64,000 nt of DNA from Candidatus Poriferisodalis sp. (GCF_965203655.1 NZ_CBDBDD010000007.1:7348-71347), one strand, 5' to 3'; positions 47,304 through 56,368 are shown, numbered from the stretch's first letter. Notes: generated by a model from the letters alone, not told the origin. Translations and numbers: made by a program.

Positions 47304-48713
47304 GTGCCTGCCGCAGGGCACATGGCACGCTGTGCGCCTGTGAGCGATGCGTCCGGCGGCAGACCGGCAGACGAACCCGAAGACGACCCCGCCGGCGCTC
47401 CCGCCGGCAGCCCCGGCGACGATGCCGACGAGGCGATCGACAGCGGCGGCGAGTCCGAAGCAGGACTCGGCTGGCGTGCACTGGCGGGCTCGCTCGACGA
47501 TCCCCTGCTCGGCGCTCCGCTGCCGCCGATCACTCCAGACCCGGTCGCCTCTGAGCCAGCGGTTGCCGATCTGCCGGTCGCCGATCCGGCGGCCCCCGAT
47601 CCGGCGGTCCCCGATCCGGCCGCTGCCGATCCGATCTCAGCCGATGCCGCCGCTGCGGATCTGGCCGCCGAAGGCGCCGTCGTCGCCCCGACCCATCCCT
47701 CCCCCCGCCAGTACTCCCGCACCGCGGTCACGGTCGCACTCGCCATCACCCTCGCCGCCATCGCCGTGGCCGCCGGCTTCGAGACCCGCCTGGCAGGCAA
47801 GGCCGTCGTCGCCCCCGGCGGCACGTTCGACATCGAGGAGTTCGTCCAAGTCAACGACCACCCGGCGTACGCCTCCGACGCCTCCATCAGCCTCGTCAGC
47901 GTCCGCACCAGCTTCGCCCCGTCGCTGTTCGAGCTGGCAGGCGGCTGGCTCGACGGTGCCCTCGAGGTCGTCGACATCACCGACATCCTGGGCGAGCGCA
48001 CCATCGCGGAGAACCGCGAAGACGGTCGCCTCCAGATGGACCAGTCCACCCAGATCGCCGTGGCCGTGGCGCTCGAACACCTGGGTCACGACATCATGAC
48101 GCCCGTCGGCGCCCGCATCGAGTGGATCGTCGACGGCAGCCCCGCCGAGGAGGGCGAGCTCGGCGAGGGCGACATCGTGCAGACGGTCGACGGCAGCCCC
48201 ATCCTCACCGCGCCCGCCCTGTCCGATGCCATCAAGGCCTACCAGCCCGGCGCCCAGGCAACCCTCACAGCGCTCGCCCCAGACGGCCAGACCCGCACCG
48301 TCACGGTCACGCTGGGCGAGCGAGACGGTCTCGCGCACCTCGGCGTCGTCGTGACCACCCATGTCACCTTCGCCGAGCTCCCCATCGACGTCACGCTCAA
48401 TGTCGAGAGGATCGGCGGCCCTTCAGCAGGCCTGGCCTTCACCCTGTCTGTCATCGACGCGCTCACGCCAGAGCCGCTCACCGGCAATCTCGACGTGGCT
48501 GCTACCGGCACCATCCAGCACGACGGCACGGTCGGGTCCATCGGCGGCGTGCCGCAGAAAGCTCACTCCACCGTGCGCGCCGGCACCGACCTCTTCCTGG
48601 TGCCGGCCTCCCAAGCCGACGAGGCTGCCGCCGTCGCCGAGCCGTCCGTCACCGTCGTCGGCGTCGAGACCCTCGCAGAAGCCCTCGCCGCCATAGCCGC
48701 CCACCAGCGCTGA
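47304..48713 (+). CDS. Membrane-anchored PDZ plus Lon-like (S16) protease, YlbL/SdrC-like
   Basis: TM at about aa 140. PDZ region (GDIVQTVDGSPI). GGPSAGLAFTLSVIDAL (catalytic Ser) and GGVPQKAHS (Lys). Confidence 0.8.
   Translation: MPAAGHMARCAPVSDASGGRPADEPEDDPAGAPAGSPGDDADEAIDSGGESEAGLGWRALAGSLDDPLLGAPLPPITPDPVASEPAVADLPVADPAAPDPAVPDPAAADPISADAAAADLAAEGAVVAPTHPSPRQYSRTAVTVALAITLAAIAVAAGFETRLAGKAVVAPGGTFDIEEFVQVNDHPAYASDASISLVSVRTSFAPSLFELAGGWLDGALEVVDITDILGERTIAENREDGRLQMDQSTQIAVAVALEHLGHDIMTPVGARIEWIVDGSPAEEGELGEGDIVQTVDGSPILTAPALSDAIKAYQPGAQATLTALAPDGQTRTVTVTLGERDGLAHLGVVVTTHVTFAELPIDVTLNVERIGGPSAGLAFTLSVIDALTPEPLTGNLDVAATGTIQHDGTVGSIGGVPQKAHSTVRAGTDLFLVPASQADEAAAVAEPSVTVVGVETLAEALAAIAAHQR
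47565..47669 (+). repeat. Seven tandem 15-nt coding repeats (pentapeptide A/P-D-P/L-A-x) in the protease N-terminal tail
   Basis: GCCGATCTGCCGGTC, GCCGATCCGGCGGCC, CCCGATCCGGCGGTC, CCCGATCCGGCCGCT, GCCGATCCGATCTCA, GCCGATGCCGCCGCT, GCGGATCTGGCCGCC. Confidence 0.8.
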
Positions 48714-48785
48714 CCCAGAAGAACGAGGTGCCGCCAGCCACCGCAAGATCGTCCGCGCACTCCTGGCGGCTGGGTCGGCGGTGGG

Positions 48786-49922
48786 TCAGTTGGACCAGAT
48801 GTTGATGAGGTCGGTGGCGGCGTACCAGTTGCGGTCGCGTCCTACTCCGGGTGACCGAGCGTCGATGGGGGTGACGATGCCGTGGTCGGCGAGCGTCTGC
48901 AGGGCGGTTCTGCCGGCGGCCCTGCTGACGTTCACGAGATCGGCTGCATCAGGTGCGCTGAGCACCGGTTGAGCGATCAGTGACGGCACGAGCGCCCGTG
49001 CCGCGCTGTCAGAGCGCAGCCCGCGCAGCCGTCGGTTCCATGCATCGATGATGCGGCGAGTCCTGGCGGCGAGCTGATCAGTGATGTCTGCGGCCGCTTG
49101 TGCAACTTGAGCGAACCAGCGGATCCACGGGCCGGCGTGTCCTTGTTCGAACATGTGCAGTCCCGAGAGGTAGCCGCCGGTGTCGCGTGCAATGGCAACG
49201 CTGATCGGAACTGTTGAGTGGCGGGTCACGTTGGCCCGGCGCAAGGCTCTGCTGACGAGTATCCGTCCGAGCCGGCCGTTGCCGTCGCCGTAGGGATGGA
49301 TCGCTTCGAACTGCGCATGCAGGATCGCGGCGTGCGAGATCGGGTCGATGTCGACCCGCTCGTTGGCAAACCTGACGAGGTCGCCCATCAATTCGGGGAT
49401 CTCGCCCGGCGGCGGCGGGACATAGGCGGCATCGAGAGGCGAGCTGCCTCCCACGCAGCCGACGCGGTGGCGGAACGTGCCGATCATCTCGGGATCCAGG
49501 TCGCTGTGGCGCATGAGTCGGGCATGCCACCGGTGCAGGGCCTCGATGCTGAGAGGGGTGTGTGCTTCGTCGAGAGCGGTGCCGATGACGGCGAGATTGT
49601 CGGCCACCCAGCCGGCGGCACCGCCCGCGTCGGTGCGTTCGGCGACCAGAACTGACAGCAGGGGTTCTCGAAGACCTTCGATTCCCGACGATGCCACTCC
49701 TTCGTGGCGCAGCAGCAGGCGTGACAATGCCTCCCAGCTGCTCGGCACCAGTTGATCGGCAGCCCGGACCGCGGCGATTGCTTGTTCGGTGGCGCGGGCT
49801 TCCGGAACCGTGAGGGCGAAGTCTCGGTCGGCCAGCTTCGCGGGCTTCCACGTGCGGACCTCGCGGCCGTTCCATTCGGCTGCAACAACCGTGCCGGCGC
49901 CGCCGCTCTCGAACAAGCTCAT
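48786..49922 (-). CDS. Fic-family protein (AMPylase-type) with intramolecular inhibitory motif and C-terminal wHTH
   Basis: HPYGDGNGRLGR matches HxFx(D/E)GNGRxxR. An upstream SSGIEG matches the (S/T)xxxE(G/N) inhibitory helix. ATG 49922 was chosen as start. Confidence 0.85.
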   Translation of the reverse strand: MSLFESGGAGTVVAAEWNGREVRTWKPAKLADRDFALTVPEARATEQAIAAVRAADQLVPSSWEALSRLLLRHEGVASSGIEGLREPLLSVLVAERTDAGGAAGWVADNLAVIGTALDEAHTPLSIEALHRWHARLMRHSDLDPEMIGTFRHRVGCVGGSSPLDAAYVPPPPGEIPELMGDLVRFANERVDIDPISHAAILHAQFEAIHPYGDGNGRLGRILVSRALRRANVTRHSTVPISVAIARDTGGYLSGLHMFEQGHAGPWIRWFAQVAQAAADITDQLAARTRRIIDAWNRRLRGLRSDSAARALVPSLIAQPVLSAPDAADLVNVSRAAGRTALQTLADHGIVTPIDARSPGVGRDRNWYAATDLINIWSN

Positions 49923-49954
49923 TTGGAAAGAATAGCGCTTTAATCTTTCCAAAT
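49921..49954. promoter_or_regulatory. Perfect 11-bp inverted repeat overlapping the Fic start codon (operator candidate)
   Basis: ATTTGGAAAGA-12 nt-TCTTTCCAAAT in an AT-rich spacer, with a third ATTTGG half-site at 49962-49967. Confidence 0.45.
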
Positions 49955-50039
49955 AGCAGCAATTTGGCAAGGCTCGCGCGCGCCGCCGGAACAGGGCCGC
50001 TATGTCGGCTGTCGGTCAGTGCGGGGTGAGTGACATGGG

Positions 50040-51326
50040 CTAGGTGTCGAGCACTTCGGCGCCGTCGGCGGTCACGTAGACCTGGTTTTCGAGCTTGACG
50101 CCTTCGGTGCCGCCGGGTTCGCCCACGTACACCTCCAAGCACAGCACCACGCCGTCCTCGACCGTGCCGTCGTATCCGTGTGTGTCCCAGTCCTGGAGGT
50201 AGTGGATCATGGGGTACTCGGTGGACAGGCCCAGCCCGTGGGCAACGTCGGCGTAGCGGTTGGGCAGGTAGCGGTCGGGGAGCTGGTAGCTGCGCTCGGC
50301 GAACTCGCGGAACGTCAGCCCGGGCTCGAGCAGCTCACGGTTGTGGGCGAGCACGTCGCAGGCGAGCGAGTGAAGCGACCGCTGCGCCGGGGTGGGCTCT
50401 CGGCCCGGCGTCACCCAGCTGCGCGACATGTCGGCCGCATACCCGTAGGGGCCGATCAGGTCGGTGTCGAAGCTGACGAGGTCGCCGGCCTCGATCACCC
50501 GATGAGAGCACTCCGCGAACCACGGATTGGTCCGTGGGCCGCTCGTCAGCAGCCGGGTCTCGATCCATTCGCCGCCGCGGGCGATGTTGCCGGCGTGCAG
50601 GTGCGCCCACAGATCGGCCTCGGTGACCCCCGGCCGCAGCGCCCGCCACATCTCGCCCACGGCCTGCCCGGCAGCATGAACAGCCCGGCGCATCGCCACG
50701 ATCTCCTCGGGATGCTTGCGGTAACGGGCCAGCTCGGTGAACGCCATGGTGGTCACCGTGTCCACCCCGCGGCGCCGCAGGGCCGCCAGCCCCAGCGGCT
50801 CGCACTTGTCGAACGCGACCCGCAGCGAACCCCGGCCGTGCAGGCGCACGAGATCCGCTATCCCGTCGGCCCACCGATCCGCCGCCTCGGCCTCGCGGGG
50901 ACCGTTCTCGAAATAGAACCAGCCCACCGCCGGCCTCACCTTGTCGATCAGCGGCAGATGCGCGCTGAGATGCCCGCACCGGGCCAGGTCGAACAGCACC
51001 ACCGGCCCCTCGGTCGCCACGAACGCGTACCGCACCGGATTGTGGGCGGTCCACACCGCCATATTGGTGGCGTCGGTGGCGTAGCGGATGTTGATCGGGT
51101 CGAACAGCACAATGCCCGCAACATCGGCGGCCTCGAGCTGACTCCGCAGCCGCCCCAGCCGCCACGACCGCACAGCATCCATGTCCGGCGCCCGCAAACC
51201 AGCCGCCTCCCACTCAGCGACCGCCGCGCCCGACACACCCCCAGCGCTCACAGCAGCGACCGTAATCGCCACCCTCCACCCATCTCGGCGACCCGCCAGC
51301 CAGCGAGACTGCGGCTGATCAACCAA
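50040..51326 (-). CDS. M24-family metallopeptidase-fold protein (creatinase/prolidase/DddP-like)
   Basis: Creatinase-like N-terminal domain (IVLFDPINIRYATD). Pita-bread C-domain (FDTDLIGPYGYAADMSRSW, HGLGLS, LEVYVGE). An alternative start lies at ATG 51182. Confidence 0.8.
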   Translation of the reverse strand: MVDQPQSRWLAGRRDGWRVAITVAAVSAGGVSGAAVAEWEAAGLRAPDMDAVRSWRLGRLRSQLEAADVAGIVLFDPINIRYATDATNMAVWTAHNPVRYAFVATEGPVVLFDLARCGHLSAHLPLIDKVRPAVGWFYFENGPREAEAADRWADGIADLVRLHGRGSLRVAFDKCEPLGLAALRRRGVDTVTTMAFTELARYRKHPEEIVAMRRAVHAAGQAVGEMWRALRPGVTEADLWAHLHAGNIARGGEWIETRLLTSGPRTNPWFAECSHRVIEAGDLVSFDTDLIGPYGYAADMSRSWVTPGREPTPAQRSLHSLACDVLAHNRELLEPGLTFREFAERSYQLPDRYLPNRYADVAHGLGLSTEYPMIHYLQDWDTHGYDGTVEDGVVLCLEVYVGEPGGTEGVKLENQVYVTADGAEVLDT

Positions 51327-51354
51327 CAGATCACCGCCGCCGACCGAGCGTTCG

Positions 51355-51765
51355 CTACTCCCAGGGGTTGATCAGTCTGAGGTCGAGTCCTTCGAAGTCC
51401 GAGACATTGCGAGTGGCTAGGGCCAACCGTCGAACGCCGGCCGTGGCTGCTATGAGCGCATCGCTCAATTCGAGGGTGCGACCGGCGCGCCGCGCCTGCG
51501 CTCGCAGTTCGGCGGCGTGCTCTGCTTCGGCCGCGTCGACAGGCACGATCCGCCGCACCTCAGAGACGAGCCGCCTGACGACACTTGCGATGGCGTCGCG
51601 ACGACGGCCCGGCGCCAATAGCTCGATTCCGTACTCAAGCTCGTGCACCACGATCGCCGACAGCCACAGGTTCGGCTCGCTCGACAGGAACGCCATGACG
51701 TTCGCGTCGGGTTCTGGCCGGACAGTCTCGGAGACGACGTTGGTGTCGAGCACGATGCCGTTCAC
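51355..51765 (-). CDS. vapC: PIN-domain toxin VapC
   Basis: IVLDTNVVSE plus later conserved acidic residues. 4-nt overlap with the upstream antitoxin gene. Confidence 0.85.
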   Translation of the reverse strand: MNGIVLDTNVVSETVRPEPDANVMAFLSSEPNLWLSAIVVHELEYGIELLAPGRRRDAIASVVRRLVSEVRRIVPVDAAEAEHAAELRAQARRAGRTLELSDALIAATAGVRRLALATRNVSDFEGLDLRLINPWE

Positions 51766-52091
51766 GAAACGTGCTCTGCGCCACCCGCGCCCGCGCCGCC
51801 TGCCCCAGCACCGCCGATGTCATCGTCGATAAACGGAATGGGCCGACTCGAGCGGCGATCCGGCAGTTCCAGCTCGTAACCGCGGGGCATGTTCTCGACG
51901 AGCCAGCGCCCCACGTGCATCTCAGGCTCGGCCCGTTCCCGCCAGACATGCTCAGGAACGATCACAAACGTTCTGCGTGTGCCGATGCGCTGGGGCCCGT
52001 CCTCTTCGGCGCAACGGAGAATGTGAGACAGGCGCGCCTTCGCCTCGGCCACCGTCCAGACCCGGTCCGTTCCCGTCACATCCGCCGACAT
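51762..52091 (-). CDS. Phd/YefM-like antitoxin with Gly/Ala-rich tail
   Basis: WTVAEAKARLSHILRCAEEDGPQRIGTRRTFVIVPEHVW. ATG 52091 was chosen as start. Confidence 0.7.
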   Translation of the reverse strand: MSADVTGTDRVWTVAEAKARLSHILRCAEEDGPQRIGTRRTFVIVPEHVWRERAEPEMHVGRWLVENMPRGYELELPDRRSSRPIPFIDDDIGGAGAGGAGAGGAEHVS

Positions 52092-52126
52092 CAAGCCCTC
52101 CGCCAGAACCAGTGCCCAACCCAAAC

Positions 52127-52143
52127 TAGTCCATATTGGACTA
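52127..52143. promoter_or_regulatory. Palindrome TAGTCCA-TAT-TGGACTA between the two divergent vapBC operons
   Basis: Perfect 7-bp arms, 36-52 nt upstream of the minus-strand antitoxin start. A TATGAT -10-like box at 52199-52204 sits 7 nt before ATG 52211. Confidence 0.4.
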
Positions 52144-52207
52144 TAACCGCATGGCTTGACATCCCGCCGAGCCAGCGGCTTGGTCTGCATTGTGATGATA
52201 TGATGCA

Positions 52208-52429
52208 GTGATGCGAACGACGATCGACCTGCCGGCCGATGTGCATGCCCTCGCTCGCGAGATCGCGCACCAACAGCGCAAGTCGCTGAGCCAAGTCGTC
52301 ACTGAGCTGATCCGGCTGGCGCTCAGCCCGGTCGATGCACCCGCAGCGCCGTCAGCCGCGGGGCTGCCGACCCTGCGGGTCGGGCGGGCCGTCACAGCCG
52401 AAGACGTCCGATCCCTCGAAGACGAATGA
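52208..52429 (+). CDS. vapB: VapB-type (RHH-like) antitoxin
   Basis: MRTTIDLPADVHALAREIAHQQRKSLSQVV. Possibly leaderless from ATG 52211. Overlaps vapC by 4 nt. Confidence 0.75.
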   Translation: MMRTTIDLPADVHALAREIAHQQRKSLSQVVTELIRLALSPVDAPAAPSAAGLPTLRVGRAVTAEDVRSLEDE

Positions 52430-52824
52430 CCGCAGCGCTCGCCGACGGAAACGTCCTGATCGCGCTCGTCGTCGAAGACCACGTCCATCACCGTCTGGCC
52501 CGAGCCTGGTTCGACGGCCACGACGATGAGCTGGCCACCTGCCCCATCACCCAGGGGACGCTGCTGCGCTTTCTGATCCGCGAAGGCATCGGCGCGCTCG
52601 ACGCGCTCGGCGCGCTGGCGCAGCTTCAGTCGCTGCCCCAGCACGTGTTCTGGGCAGACGAGATCGGCTTCGACGCCACAACGCTCGCCGGAGTCATCGG
52701 GCATCGCCAAGTGACCGACGCCTACCTCGCCGCTCTCGCCCGGCACTTCGGCGGCCGTCTCGCAACACTCGACCGCGGCCTCGCAGCGCTGCACCCCCAA
52801 ACAGCGCTGCTGGTAGCAACCTGA
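52426..52824 (+). CDS. vapC: PIN-domain toxin VapC
   Basis: LADGNVLIALVVEDHVHH and later QVTDAYLAALA, typical of the TA-associated PIN family. Confidence 0.8.
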   Translation: MTAALADGNVLIALVVEDHVHHRLARAWFDGHDDELATCPITQGTLLRFLIREGIGALDALGALAQLQSLPQHVFWADEIGFDATTLAGVIGHRQVTDAYLAALARHFGGRLATLDRGLAALHPQTALLVAT

Positions 52825-53092
52825 CGGCCCACCACAGCGAGCGCCGGCGGCTATGCGCGCACGATGTCGACGTCGATGCGGGCCGGATCTCCTTTTGCAG
52901 GCACATCCAAAATTCGCCGAATTCTGATGGGTAGCTATGCATTTTTCGGCAGCGTGGCGGGGCGTGCTGGCGAGAGCCCAGCTGCGCGAGAATCATCTGC
53001 TGAAGAATCCGTTGTGCAATACAGCAAGCAGTGGTAGTGCAATTCTTCAATTAGTGTCCATGCAAAACGATCATTTGCGCTAGTGTGGAAGT

Positions 53093-54373
53093 GTGGTCGC
53101 ACGCATCGAGGAGCACATCGCCCGGCACCTCAGTCCCCATGTCAGCCATGCGCTTGGCGGCTTTCGTGTCGTGGTGTTGCACGGTGCGCGCCAGTCGGGG
53201 AAGACGACCCTGGCGCGCAGAGTGGCGGAGCGTGCAGGCGGCACCTATGTCACCCTTGAGGACGAGCCGATGCTGCAGGCTGCGCTTGACGATCCTGCGG
53301 CGCTGCTGAATGCGTGGCCGACGCCGCTGGCTGTCGACGAGGTGCAGCTGGCCGGCGACCGGCTGATCAGGGCGGTCAAGCGCTTGGCAGACGAAGAGCA
53401 GACGCCGGGCCGGTTCCTGCTGACCGGTTCCACCGATTTCCTGTCGGTGCCGACTATCAGCGAGTCGCTGGCCGGGCGGGCGCGGCTGATGCGCCTGACC
53501 CCCTTGTCCCAGGCCGAGATCGCCGGCGCCGAGGAGCCGCCGATCGAGAGGTGGATGAGCGGCGACAGCCAGCCCGGCGCCCCGCGCCCTGGCACCTCGC
53601 CGCCGCTGACCCGACGCGACTACGCCGAGCTGATCTGCACCGGCGGCTACCCGGAGGTGCTGCGGCTGCCCGAGGACCTGCGTGCGGGCTGGTTCGAGAG
53701 CTACATCGAGACCGTCGTGGGCCGTGACATCACCGCGCTCGCGGACATCCGGCGATCCACAGCACTGGCGCCGCTGCTGCGCTGGACCGCCGCCCAGACA
53801 TCCCAGGAACTGAACCTCACCGCGGCGTCGAGGCGGCTCGCCATCAGCCAGCCGACCGTCGTCAGCTACCTCGATTGGCTCCGGGCCGTGTTCTTGACCC
53901 AGGAGCTCCCGGCCTGGTCGCGCAACCTGTCGGCGCGAGCGATCCGGCGCCCGAAGCTGCACATTGCCGACACCGCTCTCGCCGCGCACCTGCTCGGCTC
54001 CGGGCCGCAGGCGCTGCTGGCGCCGACATCACAGGCATTCGGCATGCTGGCGGAGTCGTTCGTCGTCAACGAGATCGCCCGTCAATCCACTAGCGCCGCG
54101 GCTCGCATCAGCTTGATGCACTACCGCGACGCGCACCATGAGGCAGACATCATCCTTGAGACACCCGACGGCTCGGTGACTGCCATCGAGGTCAAGGCCA
54201 GCAGCTCTCCCTCGCCCCGCGCAGCAGACCACCTTCGCTGGCTGCGCGACCGGCTCGACACCGTGGCTCCCGGGGCGTTCGCCGGCGGGATCGTGCTGCA
54301 CATGGGCGAGCACGAGGTGAGCCTAGGAGACCGCATCAGCATGCGGCCCATCTCGTCACTCTGGAAAAGCTGA
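53093..54373 (+). CDS. AAA-type ATPase with DUF4143-like C-terminal domain
   Basis: Walker A HGARQSGKTTLAR. The C-terminal EADIILE...AIEVKAS restriction-endonuclease-like fold is typical of DUF4143 proteins. Confidence 0.8.
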   Translation: MVARIEEHIARHLSPHVSHALGGFRVVVLHGARQSGKTTLARRVAERAGGTYVTLEDEPMLQAALDDPAALLNAWPTPLAVDEVQLAGDRLIRAVKRLADEEQTPGRFLLTGSTDFLSVPTISESLAGRARLMRLTPLSQAEIAGAEEPPIERWMSGDSQPGAPRPGTSPPLTRRDYAELICTGGYPEVLRLPEDLRAGWFESYIETVVGRDITALADIRRSTALAPLLRWTAAQTSQELNLTAASRRLAISQPTVVSYLDWLRAVFLTQELPAWSRNLSARAIRRPKLHIADTALAAHLLGSGPQALLAPTSQAFGMLAESFVVNEIARQSTSAAARISLMHYRDAHHEADIILETPDGSVTAIEVKASSSPSPRAADHLRWLRDRLDTVAPGAFAGGIVLHMGEHEVSLGDRISMRPISSLWKS

Positions 54374-54387
54374 CGACGGGGCTTGGG

Positions 54388-54579
54388 TCAGGTGATGTTC
54401 AGGAGCCAGGACACGCCGAATCGGTCCTCGACCCAGCCGAAGCGCCTGCCCAGCACTCGGAACTCGGCAACCTTCACCTGGCCGGCCGGCCCGTCGCCAT
54501 CGCCTTCAAGCAGCACGCGGCGGGTGATCCCGATATGAGCCGCAGCGATGCCGAGTCGGCAGGCGGCGCGTACGTGGCG
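54388..54579 (-). pseudogene. C-terminal remnant of a VOC/PhnB-like (glyoxalase-fold) gene
   Basis: Reading frame RRFGWVEDRFGVSWLLNIT-stop resembles the conserved C-terminus of PhnB-like VOC proteins. It has no start codon, and the frame is closed exactly at the hipA stop codon. Confidence 0.45.
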
Positions 54580-55884
54580 TTATGGGGCGAGGATGGTGTG
54601 GCTGCGCTGGGTTATGGCGTTGAGGAGGCGGCTGGGGGTGCCTGAGGCGCGCATGGCGACGGGCAGTGTGTCGATCTCGGCGGCCAGTCGGTGGGGTGTC
54701 TCGCGGGCGATGCGCATGACCTCGGCGGCTGCCCAGTCGGGGTCGGCACCCAGGGTGCGGGCGGTGTCGCGCCAGTCGTCGATGCGGGCGCCTGTGCCCA
54801 CCTGGTAGCCGGCGCCGAGGGTCATGGCGAGGTGGACGTCGTGGGGCGCTACGTCGGTGTAGGGCAGCCAGGAGGCGGTGTCGTACAGCGGTGCCAGCCG
54901 GCAGACGCCGCCGGGCAGGTGCACCAGCGCGTGGTTCTTGGAGTGGGCGTCGTTGGCGACGATCACCCAGCAGTAGACGAGCCGCCGGAGGAGGGCCGCG
55001 ATGTCGGCCGCGGCGTCGCTGCTGTGGGTGTGCAGCAGGCCGGCGATGTCGGCGGGCGACGGTCCGCCGTCTCGCTGGAACCGCAGCGCCGCGGGACGGC
55101 CGAGCGCCTGGCACATGTCTTCTTGGTGGGTGCGTGCCAGCGATTCGGGGTCGGCGGGGCCCCGGACGCGGTCGTAGCGCTGCACCACGAGCGTCTCGAC
55201 GCCGCCGATCACCGCGACCTCGGTGCGGACCGCGTCGATGCCGAGCGCGCGGGCGGTCGCGAGCGCGAGATGCTCGCCGACCGCTTGGCCTGGGTAGATG
55301 GCTACCGAGGGCTTGAGGATGTGGCTGGTGGGCTCGTCGCCGACGGCTCGGTGCCACGCGTCGTCGCTGCGGCGCAGGGCCAGCTTGGGCATGGTGCCCG
55401 CGAGGCTGAAGCTGGCGAGCGGGTCCGTGCGCCATCCGCCCAAGCGTGCGCCCTCGGCGAGATCGCGCACTGCGGCGGCGAGGTCGGCATCGGTGATCGG
55501 CTCGAGCGCCGAGGGGCGATCAGCGTGCCGAGCGGCGGGGCCGCCGACGGGCGCGGCTGCTGCGGGCTCGAACTGCACAGCGCCGGCGCATTCGGCGCCG
55601 ATGGGCGTGGCGAGCAGGTCGAACGGGTCGACCGACGCAGCGCCCACGCTGGCGCGCCACCGCTCGCGGTCGGCGGGCAGGTCCGGCAGCAGGCCGTCCA
55701 GCCAGTTCCCGACCGCCGCGCCGCCATGGGGCTGGGCCCGCATCGGCAGCGACAGCGACAGCGGGACCGCGTCGGGGTGAGCGAGGTAGCCGGCGTCATA
55801 AGCGAGCACCGTGCCGGCCGGCGTGCGGGAGACGACCGCGGCATCGATGCCGCCGACGCGCACCCTCAACGCGTCGGGCGTCAT
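54580..55884 (-). CDS. hipA: HipA-family serine/threonine kinase toxin
   Basis: N-terminal coupling domain (AVGNWLDGLLPD) and catalytic VANDAHSKNHALVH. ATG 55884 overlaps the hipB stop (ATGA). Confidence 0.85.
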   Translation of the reverse strand: MTPDALRVRVGGIDAAVVSRTPAGTVLAYDAGYLAHPDAVPLSLSLPMRAQPHGGAAVGNWLDGLLPDLPADRERWRASVGAASVDPFDLLATPIGAECAGAVQFEPAAAAPVGGPAARHADRPSALEPITDADLAAAVRDLAEGARLGGWRTDPLASFSLAGTMPKLALRRSDDAWHRAVGDEPTSHILKPSVAIYPGQAVGEHLALATARALGIDAVRTEVAVIGGVETLVVQRYDRVRGPADPESLARTHQEDMCQALGRPAALRFQRDGGPSPADIAGLLHTHSSDAAADIAALLRRLVYCWVIVANDAHSKNHALVHLPGGVCRLAPLYDTASWLPYTDVAPHDVHLAMTLGAGYQVGTGARIDDWRDTARTLGADPDWAAAEVMRIARETPHRLAAEIDTLPVAMRASGTPSRLLNAITQRSHTILAP

Positions 55885-56162
55885 GGCCGGTCGGCTACCA
55901 CGTCGCGGTAGGTCGGGCGCTCGCTGTTCGCTTCGCGCACGACAAGGTCGCAGCCGAGCGCGTTGCAGATCTTGACGAGGCCGTCGAGCTGCATGGTGAG
56001 CTTGCCCGCCTCCGCATCGCACACGAGCTTGCGAGACACGCCCGCCGCATCCGCGAGCGCCTGCTGGGTCATGCCGAGCTCCCGGCGCCGGCTGGCTACC
56101 ACGTTCGCCAGCGATCCCGGCGTGCGCACAACGAAGGCTGCCAACGGTCTCACGGCGCACAC
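55881..56162 (-). CDS. hipB: XRE-family HTH antitoxin HipB
   Basis: RRRELGMTQQALADAAGVSRKLVCDAEAGK. Confidence 0.8.
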   Translation of the reverse strand: MCAVRPLAAFVVRTPGSLANVVASRRRELGMTQQALADAAGVSRKLVCDAEAGKLTMQLDGLVKICNALGCDLVVREANSERPTYRDVVADRP

Positions 56163-56319
56163 CCTAACCCGATGTCACCGTCCGCACGCACCAAACGGTC
56201 TATCACCGAACGCATACAAACAGCGTGATGACACCATACGCATGCACACGATCCCAACGCAGGCTACGACCCTTGACGCGACCGGCCCGACGCAGATCCC
56301 GCCGCCCGCCGCAGCCTTG

Positions 56320-56368
56320 GAGCTGCCAGGACCCGAAATCACACGGAAGGGAGCCGAACAAGAAGAGG
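56320..56368 (+). repeat. Leader cassette copy 1 (diverged)
   Basis: GAGCTGCCAGGACCCGAAATCACACGGAAGGGAGCCGAACAAGAAGAGG, 41/49 identical to copy 3. TTG 7 nt downstream (56376) opens a 23-codon ORF. Confidence 0.7.

Noticed and set aside
52694-53050. 118-aa minus-strand ORF in the AT-rich spacer upstream of the DUF4143 ATPase
   Set aside because: The composition switches from AT-rich to Arg-rich junk, it overlaps the vapC 3-prime end, and it has no RBS or motif. The region is more likely the promoter of 53093..54373.
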